Origin: Isurus oxyrinchus
Lineage: Eukaryota
Assembly (NCBI GenBank): GCA_026770705.1
Contig: JANJGN010000005.1
Location: 136,586,001 to 136,650,000, forward strand
DNA: 64,000 bases
Reading direction: 5' to 3'
In this document: one piece after another, positions 63,693 to 64,000 of the stretch
Layout: the number at the start of each line of letters is the position of its first letter
Numbering within the stretch: the stretch's first letter is position 1
Translations under genes and position numbers: made by a program
Notes under the pieces: model-generated
Database searches by the model: none
Told to the model about the DNA's origin: nothing
Seen by the model: only the letters and a program-made list of their open reading frames with translations

Positions 63693-64000
63693 TAATGCAG
63701 CAATTTTATATCCCCACAGTTAGGACGAATAAGTGCAAATCAAAACAAAAGCGAGATGTGTCAAAGTTGTAGTGAGATGAAACGCACCAGCAATCACAAA
63801 ACAGCTTTTAACAGAACTCGCCGGCTACATCCAGCCCCGATCAGCAGGAAACATTTTAATAGCACTTCTGAACGACACATCCTAAACTAACTGCCATAAT
63901 AAGCCGGGTTTTACTGGTGCCACATTTTACTGTGTGTGGCTAAGAAAACGCAAACGGCCCATCCTGCCCGTGTCAGCCAATGCAACCCTTTAAGTCAAAA

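Noticed and set aside
1-64000. CRISPR arrays, rRNA, operons or other prokaryote-type systems
   Set aside because: None seen; the sequence is vertebrate intron/exon DNA with no regularly spaced repeat-spacer array.

Overview
Vertebrate genomic DNA, most likely from a cartilaginous fish (shark), judged from its CR1/L2 LINEs, DeuSINE (SacSINE1-like) and HE1-like SINE pieces, Penelope elements and Harbinger elements. The window holds part of one gene, TRPS1, on the minus strand. Three consecutive coding exons (60238-59301, 56993-55819, 55212-54522) splice in frame with GT-AG junctions and encode the N-terminus and C2H2 zinc-finger region up to ...SQTLLR. The GATA-finger and Ikaros-finger exons were not seen, so 1-54521 appears to be one very long, repeat-rich intron. 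Points of interest: (1) several Penelope-derived insertions carrying minimal, dimer-type hammerhead ribozyme cores, some arranged as fold-backs and one family with a shared non-canonical CUGUUGA core; (2) a fossil two-gene Harbinger transposon plus related MITEs; (3) a GC-rich, low-complexity remodelling of the third exon; (4) a weak tandem (+4) splice donor; (5) a CpG-retaining, transposon-poor domain over 54.5-64 kb; (6) a candidate upstream 5' exon with uORFs. I found no convincing wholly new system. The hammerhead/fold-back elements are the best lead. Repeat boundaries are by eye and approximate, and human comparisons are from memory.
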